DNA of 47,270 nt from Desulfobacter postgatei (GTDB taxonomy: Bacteria; Desulfobacterota; Desulfobacteria; Desulfobacterales; Desulfobacteraceae): assembly GCA_003252055.1 (NCBI GenBank), contig QKDP01000192.1, forward strand, positions 1 to 47,270. Direction: 5' to 3'. Below the pieces are notes generated by a model that ran no database searches, was not told the origin of the DNA, and saw only the letters and a list, made by a program, of their open reading frames with translations. Below are positions 8,935 through 18,284 of the stretch, one piece after another (the stretch's first letter is position 1; every line of letters begins with the position of its first letter). The position numbers were made by a program, and so were the translations under genes.

Positions 8935-9513
8935 CTAAGTCTTTAGCATGCGCCTGCAGGAGGTTACCAGTTCATTGAACAGTGCATTGGCATTATACAG
9001 ATTGTACGTTTTAAACCGGACCACCCCGTCCACCATGGAAAAGATAATCAAAGCGGTTTTGCGGGCAGGCAAAGGATCAATGGAGCCATCCCTTATCCCC
9101 ATTTCGATACCGTCTTCATAGATGGAAACAAGACAGTCGTAAATGGCTTCCAGATAATTTCGGCATTGGGGTACTGCCTCTGCCATCTGGTAGGGGTAGT
9201 ACCTGTGCAAAAGAAGAAACTGGTTCTCCATCTTGCCGGCCAGGTATAAATGGAAGGATACCGCACGTTCAATCATGCCCATGCCGCTGTCAAAATGCTG
9301 ATTTTCCATATAGGCGTCAAATTCCTCCAGGATCATTTTTTTGGTCATCTCAAGAACCGCTAAAAACAATTTATCCTTGGTCTTGAAATGATAAAAAATG
9401 GTTCCTTCCGCCACATTGATCATTTTTGCCAGATCAGCGGTGGAGGTCTCTTTGAATCCGTTTTTGGAAAACAGCACAGTGGCTGCCTGCAGTATGGCAT
9501 CTTTTTTGGACAT
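8935..9513 (-). CDS. TetR/AcrR family transcriptional regulator
   Basis: ILQAATVLFSKNGFKETSTADLAKMINVAEGTIFYHFKTKDKL HTH signature. Confidence 0.95.
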   Translation of the reverse strand: MSKKDAILQAATVLFSKNGFKETSTADLAKMINVAEGTIFYHFKTKDKLFLAVLEMTKKMILEEFDAYMENQHFDSGMGMIERAVSFHLYLAGKMENQFLLLHRYYPYQMAEAVPQCRNYLEAIYDCLVSIYEDGIEMGIRDGSIDPLPARKTALIIFSMVDGVVRFKTYNLYNANALFNELVTSCRRMLKT

Positions 9514-9529
9514 AACACCTCTAAAATCT

Positions 9530-9564
9530 TGAGTGACTACTCATTTTGTTTGAGTGTATACTCA
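9530..9564. promoter_or_regulatory. Two tandem palindromic operators TGAGT-N4-ACTCA (putative TetR sites)
   Basis: TGAGTGACTACTCA (9530-9543) and TGAGTGTATACTCA (9551-9564), 21 bp apart, just upstream of tetR. Confidence 0.75.
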
Positions 9565-9583
9565 GTAAATTTTGCCGTGTCAA
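9555..9583 (-). promoter_or_regulatory. Sigma70 promoter of the tetR-sulP operon
   Basis: Minus strand TTGACA (9578-9583), 17 nt spacer, TATACA (9555-9560). Confidence 0.65.
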
Positions 9584-9857
9584 ATGGTTTTTAACAGGGT
9601 TCTGATTTTTTTTTAAAGGCTTTATTGATATGCAACGCCCTGAAACATCAGTAAATTATGCATCCACTTACTGAAATTATCTTAAAATTCAGGCGTTTCA
9701 ATGTGTAATGATGGTGTTGCAAAGTGCAATAAACAAAAATGAAATTCTTTATGTTATGGCATGAATTTTTTCTTAAAAATGAATATTGAGCTAAAAACAA
9801 AACCCATATGGACGCAAAAAACGGACGTAAATTAAAAAGGACTTTTAAAAATCCATG

Positions 9858-9887
9858 TTTACAAAGGGGCTAAAAGCCAATTATAAT
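9858..9887 (+). promoter_or_regulatory. Putative sigma70 promoter of argJ
   Basis: TTTACA-18nt-TATAAT. Confidence 0.5.
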
Positions 9888-9936
9888 TTACGGTCAATTT
9901 TCTGAGATGGACTTAAGAAAGAAAAGGAAAACAAAA

Positions 9937-11130
9937 ATGAAAGGCTTTAAATTTGCCGGAATCTGTGCCGGAATTAAAAAAAATAGATCCCTGGATCTTG
10001 GCCTGATCTATTCGGAAAAACCTGCTTGTGCAGCAGCATTGTTTACACAAAACCAGGTGGTTGCAGCCCCTGTTATTCTTGGCAGGAAAACCATGGAAAA
10101 GGGCATGCTCCAGGCAATACTGGTCAATTCAGGGAATGCCAACTGTTTTACCGGTGCACAGGGAATAGCCCATGCAGAACAATGCGTTGAACTTGTGGCC
10201 AAAGCCCTCAACATTGACCCTGAACATGTATTGGTCTCTTCCACCGGGGTGATCGGTGCGCCCTTGCCTATGGATAAAATTGAAGCAAAAATTCCACTAG
10301 CTGTGAGAAGTCTTGACTCTTGTACAATTGCAGATTTTGCCGGCGCTATCCTCACCACAGATACCTGCACCAAAATGGTGTCCCGCAATGGGACAATTAA
10401 TACATCCGGCAATACATCCGGGGAGGAAAAAAGCTTTACAATTATGGGAGTTGCCAAAGGTTCAGGTATGATTCGGCCGGATATGGCCACCATGCTTTCC
10501 TATATATTTACTGATGCTGATGTTTCAAGCAGCCTGCTCAAACAGGCACTGACCCATGCCGCGTCCCGTTCCTTTAACAGGATTACGGTTGACGGTGATA
10601 CCAGCACCAACGATACCCTTGTCTGTATGGCCAGCGGGGCAGGGCAGGCAGTGATCGACAATGATGAATCCCTTGGGGTATTCCAGGCGGCTTTAGATGA
10701 GGTCTGCTATGAGCTTGCTAAAAAGATTGTCAAAGACGGGGAGGGTGCCACAAAGGTTGCCTCCATCACGGTCAAAGGCGCACTGAGTCGGCAGGATGCC
10801 TTTAAAGCTGCCGAAGCCATTGCCCATTCCCCCCTTGTGAAAACCGCCATTTACGGCCAGGACCCCAACTGGGGCCGGATCACTGCGGCGGCCGGCAGAT
10901 CCGGGGCCACGGTGGACCAGAATAAAATGGATTTGTATTTTGATGATGTCCTGCTGGTTCAAAACGGGCAGTGGCAGGGTAAAGCATCGGAAGAAAAAGC
11001 TGCGGACATTATGAAGAAGGCTGAAATCAGCATTGTCCTGGATCTCAATCTCGGAGACGGCCAGGATCAGTTCCTGTTCTGCGACTTCAGTGAAAACTAT
11101 GTCAAAATCAACGCCCTCTACAGATCCTGA
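9937..11130 (+). CDS. argJ: Bifunctional ornithine acetyltransferase / N-acetylglutamate synthase ArgJ
   Basis: NSGNANCFTG, SSTGVIG, AKGSGMIRPDMATML (autocleavage Thr), VDGDTSTND, DGEGATK, DPNWGRI. Start at the second ATG after SD AAGGA. Confidence 0.96.
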   Translation: MKGFKFAGICAGIKKNRSLDLGLIYSEKPACAAALFTQNQVVAAPVILGRKTMEKGMLQAILVNSGNANCFTGAQGIAHAEQCVELVAKALNIDPEHVLVSSTGVIGAPLPMDKIEAKIPLAVRSLDSCTIADFAGAILTTDTCTKMVSRNGTINTSGNTSGEEKSFTIMGVAKGSGMIRPDMATMLSYIFTDADVSSSLLKQALTHAASRSFNRITVDGDTSTNDTLVCMASGAGQAVIDNDESLGVFQAALDEVCYELAKKIVKDGEGATKVASITVKGALSRQDAFKAAEAIAHSPLVKTAIYGQDPNWGRITAAAGRSGATVDQNKMDLYFDDVLLVQNGQWQGKASEEKAADIMKKAEISIVLDLNLGDGQDQFLFCDFSENYVKINALYRS

Positions 11131-11842
11131 AACAGCCCAAGGTATCCGGCTGCAGAAAATTTTAGCCCATTGCGGGCTTTGTTCGCGCAGAAAGGCCGAG
11201 ACCCTTATCCTTGACGGCAGGGTATCCGTGAATGGAATTGCTGTAAAAGCACTGGGTACCCGGGCAGATCCGGCAAAGGATAAGATCTGTCTTGACGGTA
11301 AACCGGTACACTATAAGTCGGACAAAAACCGCGAATATACCTATCTTGCCGTAAACAAACCCAAAGGGGTGATCACAACCTGCGCCCAGAAAAATGCAAA
11401 AGTTATCCTGGACCTTGTGCCGGTAAAAAAAAGAGTCTATCCCGTGGGGCGGCTGGATAAGGATTCAGTGGGGCTTGTTTTGCTGACCGATGACGGTGAC
11501 TTGCATAACCGGTTATCCCATCCCTCCCATGACCACGAGAAAGAATATCTGGTGTTTACGGTACAACCTGTCAGTGACCAGGATCTTTCTGCCATGGCCC
11601 AAGGCATGGTGATAGACGGAAAAAAAACCCGGCAGGCCAGGGTCCACAGGGTTTCTGAAAACGGATTTAAAATTGTTTTAAAACAGGGGTTAAACCGCCA
11701 GATTCGGAAAATGGTGGGCAAAACCGGCAATCAGGTGGCCATGCTCAAACGGATCCGCATGGCCAATATCCGCCTTGGCAGTCTGCCCCCCGGCAAATGG
11801 CGATATCTCACCGATAAAGAGGTGAAAAAACTAAGACAGTGA
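11099..11842 (+). CDS. rRNA pseudouridine synthase, RsuA/RluB family with S4 domain
   Basis: RLQKILAHCGLCSRRKAE (S4), NKPKGV, YPVGRLDKDSVGL (catalytic Asp), GLNRQIRKM. Start at ATG 11099 is a choice. Confidence 0.9.
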   Translation: MSKSTPSTDPETAQGIRLQKILAHCGLCSRRKAETLILDGRVSVNGIAVKALGTRADPAKDKICLDGKPVHYKSDKNREYTYLAVNKPKGVITTCAQKNAKVILDLVPVKKRVYPVGRLDKDSVGLVLLTDDGDLHNRLSHPSHDHEKEYLVFTVQPVSDQDLSAMAQGMVIDGKKTRQARVHRVSENGFKIVLKQGLNRQIRKMVGKTGNQVAMLKRIRMANIRLGSLPPGKWRYLTDKEVKKLRQ

Positions 11843-12841
11843 TTGAATACCAACACTTTTTCTGATTTTATCCAGGAAGGGCACGGAATATTCCCTGGCC
11901 CGCACCGCCCCTTTTTTCAAAATATCTTCAATATCTTTGGGGTTGGCCATCAGCTCTTCGTAGCGCTGCCTGGGTTCCTTTAAAATATCATTGATGTATT
12001 CAAACAATTCCTGTTTCATGGCCCCCCAGGCAATACCCTCCCTGTACCGCCGGGCCAGGTCTTTGGTCTGTTCCTGTGTGGCAAATGCCCGGTAAATTGA
12101 AAACAGGGTGCAGGTATCAGGATCTTTGGGTTCATCGGGCCCCAGAGAATTGGTCTGGATCTTCATGATCATTTTGCGCAGCCGTTTTTCCGTATCAAAC
12201 AGCGGAATAAAATTGTTGTAGCTTTTGCTCATTTTGCGCCCGTCAAGACCACAGAGCACGGCTGCGGTTTCATCCACAACCACCTCGGGCAGCACAAACA
12301 ACTCCTTGTACATATGATTGAATCTTGCGGCAATATCCCTTGTCATTTCAAGGTGCTGAATCTGATCCTTGCCCACGGGCACCTTGGCGGCATTGAACAT
12401 GAGAATGTCTGCTGCCATGAGAATGGGATAGGAAAAAAGGCCCATGGTGATCCCCTGGTCCGGATCTTTTCTCTCCTGTTCCTCGTTTTCCTGGACAGCC
12501 GCCTTGTATGCATGGGCACGGTTCATCAGCCCCTTAGCCGTCAGACAGGTCAAAATCCAGGTCAGTTCCGGAATTTCAGGAATATCAGACTGCCGGTAAA
12601 ATACACAATTATTGTAATCCAATCCTAGGGCGATCCAGGCCGCTGCAATTTCAAGGGTGGATGCTTTTCGTTTTTTAGGATCATGATTTTTTATCAGGGA
12701 ATGGTAATCTGCCAGAAAATAATAGGATGTCAGGTCCGGATTTTTGCTGGATTCAACAGCCGGACGGATGGCCCCCACATAATTGCCAAGGTGAGGCGTA
12801 CCCGAGGTGGTGATGCCTGTTAAAAAGTCTGCGTTTTTCAT
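11831..12841 (-). CDS. trpS: Tryptophan--tRNA ligase
   Basis: HIGH-like HLGN, YPILMAADIL, VPVGKDQIQHLE, KMSKS. Confidence 0.96.
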   Translation of the reverse strand: MKNADFLTGITTSGTPHLGNYVGAIRPAVESSKNPDLTSYYFLADYHSLIKNHDPKKRKASTLEIAAAWIALGLDYNNCVFYRQSDIPEIPELTWILTCLTAKGLMNRAHAYKAAVQENEEQERKDPDQGITMGLFSYPILMAADILMFNAAKVPVGKDQIQHLEMTRDIAARFNHMYKELFVLPEVVVDETAAVLCGLDGRKMSKSYNNFIPLFDTEKRLRKMIMKIQTNSLGPDEPKDPDTCTLFSIYRAFATQEQTKDLARRYREGIAWGAMKQELFEYINDILKEPRQRYEELMANPKDIEDILKKGAVRAREYSVPFLDKIRKSVGIQSLS

Positions 12842-12921
12842 TTATATTCCTAAATTAATTTAGTGTTATGCAAGAAAAGGGAAGTACCAGAATCCATACT
12901 TATTTTCAAGCACGACATTGA

Positions 12922-15618
12922 TCAGATCAGCTTGTTTTCAAAGGCGTAATGTTTTGCAAATTCAATTTCTTCTTCCATGGTATTCAATTTACCATCCAGC
13001 TTTTCATCAATAATTTTATTGAGAATCGTGCTGTAAACCGGTCCCGGCTTTATACCCACGGATTTAAGATCTTTTCCTCCCATCAGCGGTTTAATCTTTC
13101 GCTGGTGTGTATAAAAATGTGAGATGGCTTTGCGCACCGATTCATTCTTCGTCAATGCCAGCATGAACAAAATGCATTCGGTTTTAAAATGGATCAGCCA
13201 CCGGTACATCTGCTGATTGGAGACCGGGAAGCTTTTTTCAATAAGCCGGATTCTTTTTGCGGCCTTGATGCGCTGCTCAAGCAGCAACTCCCTTTCCTTT
13301 ATGGGGAACTTCAACCTGTCCGCGATCTGGGTGCTCACTGTGGCGGCGTACCCGTGAAGCCAGGCCATGAAATAAACCGTCCACCTTGGATAAGCATCAT
13401 CTGCGTACAAAAGATCATGCCATGCCAGGGTTTTACCCACGGATTCAAACAAGGCACGGGTGGTATCGGTTAATTTCAAATCATGATGAATCACCTTGTC
13501 TAAGCCGTAATCAGCCATGGTCTGCACTGCAGGAAAAGGATCGTCTTCTCCGAAAATCTGTTTGAGTTCCGAAAGCACCCGCAGTCCGCTTAAATGTTTG
13601 ACTGCACCGACATTTATTGCGTTTCCGATAAGATTTGAGGTGACTTTTCCAATCCTGAACCCAAACCTGTTGGAGAATTTGATGGCTCTGAAAATCCGGG
13701 TGGGGTCTTCAATAAAGCTTAGGTTATGGATAATCCGGACAATTTTGTCCTTAACATCCCTGACACCGCCAAAATAGTCAATGAGCGTGCCAAAGGTTTC
13801 CGCGTTCAGGGAAATGGCCAGGGTATTGATGGTAAAATCCCTTCTGGCAAGATCCATCTTGATGGAGGAGTTCTCCACAACAGGCAGTGCTGCAGGTGTT
13901 GCATAATATTCGAGCCGGGCAGAGGCCACGTCAATCTTATACCCGTCCTCAAAAATGATCACTGCTGTGTTAAATTTACGGTGATGATGCAATCTGCAAT
14001 GATGCATTGAGGCAAAATAACTGGCAAAGGCGATGCCGTCTCCCTCCACCACCACATCCACATCTTCAATGGGCCGTTCCAGCATCAGGTCCCGGACAAA
14101 ACCACCCACCACAAAGACCTCCACACCCAGGGTGTCCCCGGCATTGCCAATGTCGGAAAGCAGCGTGCGTAAACGCCGGTTCAAATGATTGTTCAGACGA
14201 TTCCCCACGTATCTTGTCCGGGGTTTCAGACCGGAAATATCTCTTTTCTCACTTAGGACAACCTCCCGGTTATGTTCCACCAGAAAATTTAAAAGGTCGG
14301 TGCGGGTGATAACGCCGACAATGCCCTGATTCTCCATGACCGGAACGACCCGCTGCTTTAAATCAATAATTTTTTGTTCTATTTCAGCCAGGTCACAGGA
14401 CAGACCGACACTTTGGGCACCAGGTTCAATATAATCGACAACAGGCTGATTCCCAAGCTTATGATGCAGTATTTTTTCGGCCACATGGTGGGTAATACAC
14501 CCTAAGTATTCAAGTGTTTGTGAATCAAGGACAAGCAGGGTGTTGATATTGTACCGGATCATTTTTTGCGCTGCTTCCAGACACGATTTATCAGCGGTAA
14601 TGGTGATGGCCGGACTGGACATTAATTTTTTTGCCACACACACCTGCCTGATCTGCTGTTCGATAAGTTCCATCAAACGCATTTCAACCTGGGGAAGTGT
14701 CTGGTTTGCCACATTGGCAGATGCCGCATAAAAATGGCCTCCCCCGCCAAGGGCGCCCAGTATTTTACCTACATCCACTTCAGGAAGACGATTTCTGGCA
14801 ATGATATGCACCTTGGACCCCATGAGCACCAGGGCAAAAAAACAGTCCAGATTTTCCATTCGGACAATTTTTTGTACAATGGAGGCAAGATCCAGAATGT
14901 AGTGGGAGGCTGCAATGGCGGATAGATGGATCTGGATGCCATTGACGGCAACGGTTTTCATTTCATTGATCAATTCATTGAGCCAGGTGACCTGTTCGGT
15001 TTTCATTTCCTTGACCACAAGGCTTGAAATGGTGGAAAGGCATGCCCCGCAGGAGACCAGAAAGCCTGCCTGTTCAAAATCCGCCGGGGTTGTGGAATCA
15101 TAGGTAAAGCTGCCGGTATCCTCGTAAATCCCAAGCGCCATCACCGTGGCCTCATCACTGCTGATGCTGATCTTTTTTTCACGCAGAAGTTCACACATGA
15201 TGGTGGTGGTGGCGCCATAGGGCTTTGACAGGTCATAAGTCCCTTTGATTTCGCCGGGCAAAGGTGGATGGTGATCGTAAATGTCAATGATAAGATCCTG
15301 TTTTTCCAGGAGCGGTTCAACACCGGACAGGCGGCTTTTCTGCCGGGTATCCACAATAACCAGCCGCTGGGTCCCGGAGAAGTCAATTGTATTAGGATCT
15401 GCCATATTAAACAGATATCCCATGGAGTGAATGAAAAAATCCCTTAGATTCTTTTCCTGGGACCCGGGGAAAATAATGACGCTTTCCGGGTACAGTTTTT
15501 GTGCGGCAAGCATGGCGCCAATGGCATCAAAATCAGAATTTACATGGCTGGTTATGACCGTTTTGGGGGAATTTGCCTGTTTTTTTCGGGGCACCGGATA
15601 ACTCCTGTTGAAATGCAT
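12922..15618 (-). CDS. tRNA nucleotidyltransferase with DHH-DHHA1-CBS N-terminal domains (CCA/A-adding enzyme type)
   Basis: DHH motifs (HVNSDFD, YDHH, GGGGH), two CBS domains, VGGFVRD...DVD, DLARRDFTIN, EDPTRIFRA. Confidence 0.9.
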   Translation of the reverse strand: MHFNRSYPVPRKKQANSPKTVITSHVNSDFDAIGAMLAAQKLYPESVIIFPGSQEKNLRDFFIHSMGYLFNMADPNTIDFSGTQRLVIVDTRQKSRLSGVEPLLEKQDLIIDIYDHHPPLPGEIKGTYDLSKPYGATTTIMCELLREKKISISSDEATVMALGIYEDTGSFTYDSTTPADFEQAGFLVSCGACLSTISSLVVKEMKTEQVTWLNELINEMKTVAVNGIQIHLSAIAASHYILDLASIVQKIVRMENLDCFFALVLMGSKVHIIARNRLPEVDVGKILGALGGGGHFYAASANVANQTLPQVEMRLMELIEQQIRQVCVAKKLMSSPAITITADKSCLEAAQKMIRYNINTLLVLDSQTLEYLGCITHHVAEKILHHKLGNQPVVDYIEPGAQSVGLSCDLAEIEQKIIDLKQRVVPVMENQGIVGVITRTDLLNFLVEHNREVVLSEKRDISGLKPRTRYVGNRLNNHLNRRLRTLLSDIGNAGDTLGVEVFVVGGFVRDLMLERPIEDVDVVVEGDGIAFASYFASMHHCRLHHHRKFNTAVIIFEDGYKIDVASARLEYYATPAALPVVENSSIKMDLARRDFTINTLAISLNAETFGTLIDYFGGVRDVKDKIVRIIHNLSFIEDPTRIFRAIKFSNRFGFRIGKVTSNLIGNAINVGAVKHLSGLRVLSELKQIFGEDDPFPAVQTMADYGLDKVIHHDLKLTDTTRALFESVGKTLAWHDLLYADDAYPRWTVYFMAWLHGYAATVSTQIADRLKFPIKERELLLEQRIKAAKRIRLIEKSFPVSNQQMYRWLIHFKTECILFMLALTKNESVRKAISHFYTHQRKIKPLMGGKDLKSVGIKPGPVYSTILNKIIDEKLDGKLNTMEEEIEFAKHYAFENKLI

Positions 15619-15702
15619 TTTGCAAATTTATATAGTATATCTATATTGAATTTACAATGTTCAGACAATCCCTGGGGTTGACATCGCAAAAAAAATCAAC
15701 AC

Positions 15703-15718
15703 TGGACACAATTTTGCA
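15703..15718 (+). promoter_or_regulatory. Possible sigma54 (-24/-12) promoter for pilC-pilS
   Basis: TGGACACAATTTTGCA gives GG-N10-GC; imperfect -24 box. Confidence 0.35.
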
Positions 15719-15769
15719 TATATACTTTTAAAAACAGTTAAGGTGCATGAACGGAAAGAAGGAATGATC

Positions 15770-16981
15770 ATGGCAGTCATTTACGAATGGAAGGGAAAGA
15801 ATCCCAAAGGCAGAAAAATCAAAGGGGAGATGGAAGCTGAGACGCCGGAACAGGTCAGAACCAGCCTGGAACGTCGCAAAATTACCCCGACAAGGGTCAG
15901 AAAAAAGCCAAAAGATATATTTGAAAATATCTCCTTTCTTGCGCCTAAAGTAAAAGAGCGCGACGTCATCATTTTCGCGCGACAGTTTTCCACCATGATC
16001 GATGCGGGCCTGCCGCTTCTGCAATGCTTGCATATTTTGTATTCCCAGCAGGAAAATCCAACATTTAAAAAGCAGCTTAAGCAGATTAAAGAGTCTGTTG
16101 AGAGCGGAGAGACCTTTGCGGATGCACTGAAAAAACATCCAAAAACCTTTAACGAACTTTTTGTTAACATGGTTTCCGCCGGGGAGGCCGGCGGTATTCT
16201 TGATGTCATTTTACAGCGTTTGTCAGCCTATGCCGAAAAAATGGCAAAACTCAAAAAGCAGGTCAAGGGGGCCATGACTTATCCGGGCATTACCCTGGGT
16301 GTGGCCGTTATTGTGGTGGGCGTTATCCTTGTCTTTGTTATACCGGTATTTGAAAAAATGTTTACCGACATGGGCTCGGCTCTGCCCATCCCCACCCAGA
16401 TGGTTGTGAGGCTGAGCAATTTTGTAGTGGGGCATATAGGATGGATGATCCTGGGATTGATTGGCGCTGTTTTTCTTTTCAGGCAAACGTATAAATCAAA
16501 AAAGGGCCGAATTTTTCTTGATGACATGTTTTTACGTCTGCCTGTCGTCGGCATTTTGATCCGAAAGGTGGCCGTGGCAAAATTTACCCGCACCACAGCC
16601 ACCATGATTTCATCCGGGGTATCTATTCTTGAGGCCCTGGACATTGTGGGCAAAACCGCCGGCAATAAAATCGTTGAATTTGCCATATCGGACGTCAAGG
16701 TCGGCATTGCCGAAGGTCGGTCCATGGCGGATCCTTTGCTGGAGAGCGGGGTGTTTCCATCCATGGTCTGCTCAATGATCGCAGTGGGTGAATCCACAGG
16801 TGCTTTGGATGTAATGATGAACAAAATAGCAGATTTTTATGATGATGAAGTGGACCAGGCCGTTAAAAATCTGACGGACATGATCGAGCCTTTCATGCTT
16901 GTATTTTTAGGTGTCGTGGTCGGCGGTCTTGTTATTGCCATGTACCTGCCGATTTTCACAATGGCCAGCGCAATTGGATAG
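15770..16981 (+). CDS. pilC: Type IV pilus inner-membrane platform protein PilC (GspF family)
   Basis: FARQFSTMIDAGLPL, AGEAGGILD, AMTYP, VGESTGALD, AMYLPIF. Confidence 0.95.
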   Translation: MAVIYEWKGKNPKGRKIKGEMEAETPEQVRTSLERRKITPTRVRKKPKDIFENISFLAPKVKERDVIIFARQFSTMIDAGLPLLQCLHILYSQQENPTFKKQLKQIKESVESGETFADALKKHPKTFNELFVNMVSAGEAGGILDVILQRLSAYAEKMAKLKKQVKGAMTYPGITLGVAVIVVGVILVFVIPVFEKMFTDMGSALPIPTQMVVRLSNFVVGHIGWMILGLIGAVFLFRQTYKSKKGRIFLDDMFLRLPVVGILIRKVAVAKFTRTTATMISSGVSILEALDIVGKTAGNKIVEFAISDVKVGIAEGRSMADPLLESGVFPSMVCSMIAVGESTGALDVMMNKIADFYDDEVDQAVKNLTDMIEPFMLVFLGVVVGGLVIAMYLPIFTMASAIG

Positions 16982-18284
16982 CCCGGATTTTTTATTGCGA
17001 CGGACCCGGGAACTGTTTGTTCAGATCAAGTGGGTTGTCCTTGCAAGAGCTGTATTTGCTCTGATACTGATATTTTCCACCCTTTTTTTTTCCGATACGC
17101 ACTTGTCCGGACAAAGGGATCAATCTTTTCTGTCCCTTTACAAAATTTCCGGCACTATTCTTGGTCTGTCTTTGGTTTATTTTGCCTGGCTTTGCAAAAA
17201 AAAATATCTCTATGCCCTTGCCTATACCCAGATAATTATTGATACTTTTATCGTTACAGCCATTGTTTTTGTCACCGGGGGCTTTCACAGTATTTTCACA
17301 TTCTTATATCTTTTGATTGTCATCTATGCCGCCATGCTGCTGCTTGCCCGGGGCAGTTTTTCAGTGGCTTTGGCATCAAGTATTCAATATGGTTTTCTCA
17401 TTGAGCTTGAGTATCTTAAAATTATTGCCCCGCTGTCGGAAAATCAGGCCCTTGCTCTGGTCGTGGACCAACCCCATATTCTGTACCGGATTGTTATTAT
17501 TATTTCAGCCTGTTTTGCCACGGCAGCCTTAAGCGGCATTCTTGCCCTGCAGCTTATAACAGCCAGAAAAGACCTTAAAATTGCCCAGGAACATTTAAAG
17601 CGCGTGGAAAAAATGGCGGCTGTGGATGAACTCGTGTCAGGCATTGCCCATGAGATTAAAAACCCTTTGGCATCTTTGTCAGGCTCCATACAGATGCTAA
17701 GGGATGAAATTACCCTAACAAGGGAAAATGATAAACTGATGCAGATCATTTTAAGGGAAACAGATCGCCTCAAACAGATCGTGACCGATATTCGGCTGAT
17801 TTCAAAACCCGGCCGAACCAACGCGGAATTGATGAACCTGGCCAATGCAATTGATGATGTAAAAACCCTGTTTGACAATACACCGGACTGGGATGCCAGA
17901 ATCACTATTGTTACCCGGCTTGAAAAGGATTTGCATGTGTACATGGATGCGGTTCACCTACAGCAGATTTTATGGAATCTGATTAAAAATGCAGCTGAAT
18001 CCATTGAAGGGAAGGGGAAAATTACAATATCCTTGAATTGCCCTAGACAAAAAAGCATTTACCTGACGATTCAGGATACAGGCCGAGGCATTGATCAAAA
18101 AAATGCCACGCATATTTTTGATCCGTTCTTTACCACTAAAAGTGATGGGACAGGACTTGGACTTTCAATTATCCACAGGGTCGTTGATACCTATGACGGC
18201 ATGATTGATTTTGAATCCATTCCCGGGAAAGGCACGGTTTTCACACTGATTTTTCAAAATCCCCATTTCAAGGAACAAGGCTGA
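16974..18284 (+). CDS. pilS: PilS-like membrane sensor histidine kinase
   Basis: About 6 TM N-terminal region, IAHEIKNPLAS, QILWNLIKNA, DTGRGI, GTGLGL; follows pilC. Start uncertain (TTG 16974 overlaps the pilC stop). Confidence 0.8.
   Translation: MDSPDFLLRRTRELFVQIKWVVLARAVFALILIFSTLFFSDTHLSGQRDQSFLSLYKISGTILGLSLVYFAWLCKKKYLYALAYTQIIIDTFIVTAIVFVTGGFHSIFTFLYLLIVIYAAMLLLARGSFSVALASSIQYGFLIELEYLKIIAPLSENQALALVVDQPHILYRIVIIISACFATAALSGILALQLITARKDLKIAQEHLKRVEKMAAVDELVSGIAHEIKNPLASLSGSIQMLRDEITLTRENDKLMQIILRETDRLKQIVTDIRLISKPGRTNAELMNLANAIDDVKTLFDNTPDWDARITIVTRLEKDLHVYMDAVHLQQILWNLIKNAAESIEGKGKITISLNCPRQKSIYLTIQDTGRGIDQKNATHIFDPFFTTKSDGTGLGLSIIHRVVDTYDGMIDFESIPGKGTVFTLIFQNPHFKEQG

Noticed and set aside
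9756-9773. TGGCATGAATTTTTTC as a sigma54 promoter for argJ
   Set aside because: No GC at the -12 position; a sigma70-like promoter at 9858-9887 fits better.
12842-12921. Possible Trp attenuator or T-box upstream of trpS
   Set aside because: The short upstream ORF has no Trp codons, and there is no terminator or T-box motif.
17020-17029. TTC + AGATCAA match to the start of the spacer-like segment at 36737 (also TTC + AGATCAAA at 29915-29925)
   Set aside because: Only 7-8 nt, both inside coding sequence spelling common Val-Gln-Ile-Lys codons, with no further pairing; treated as chance.
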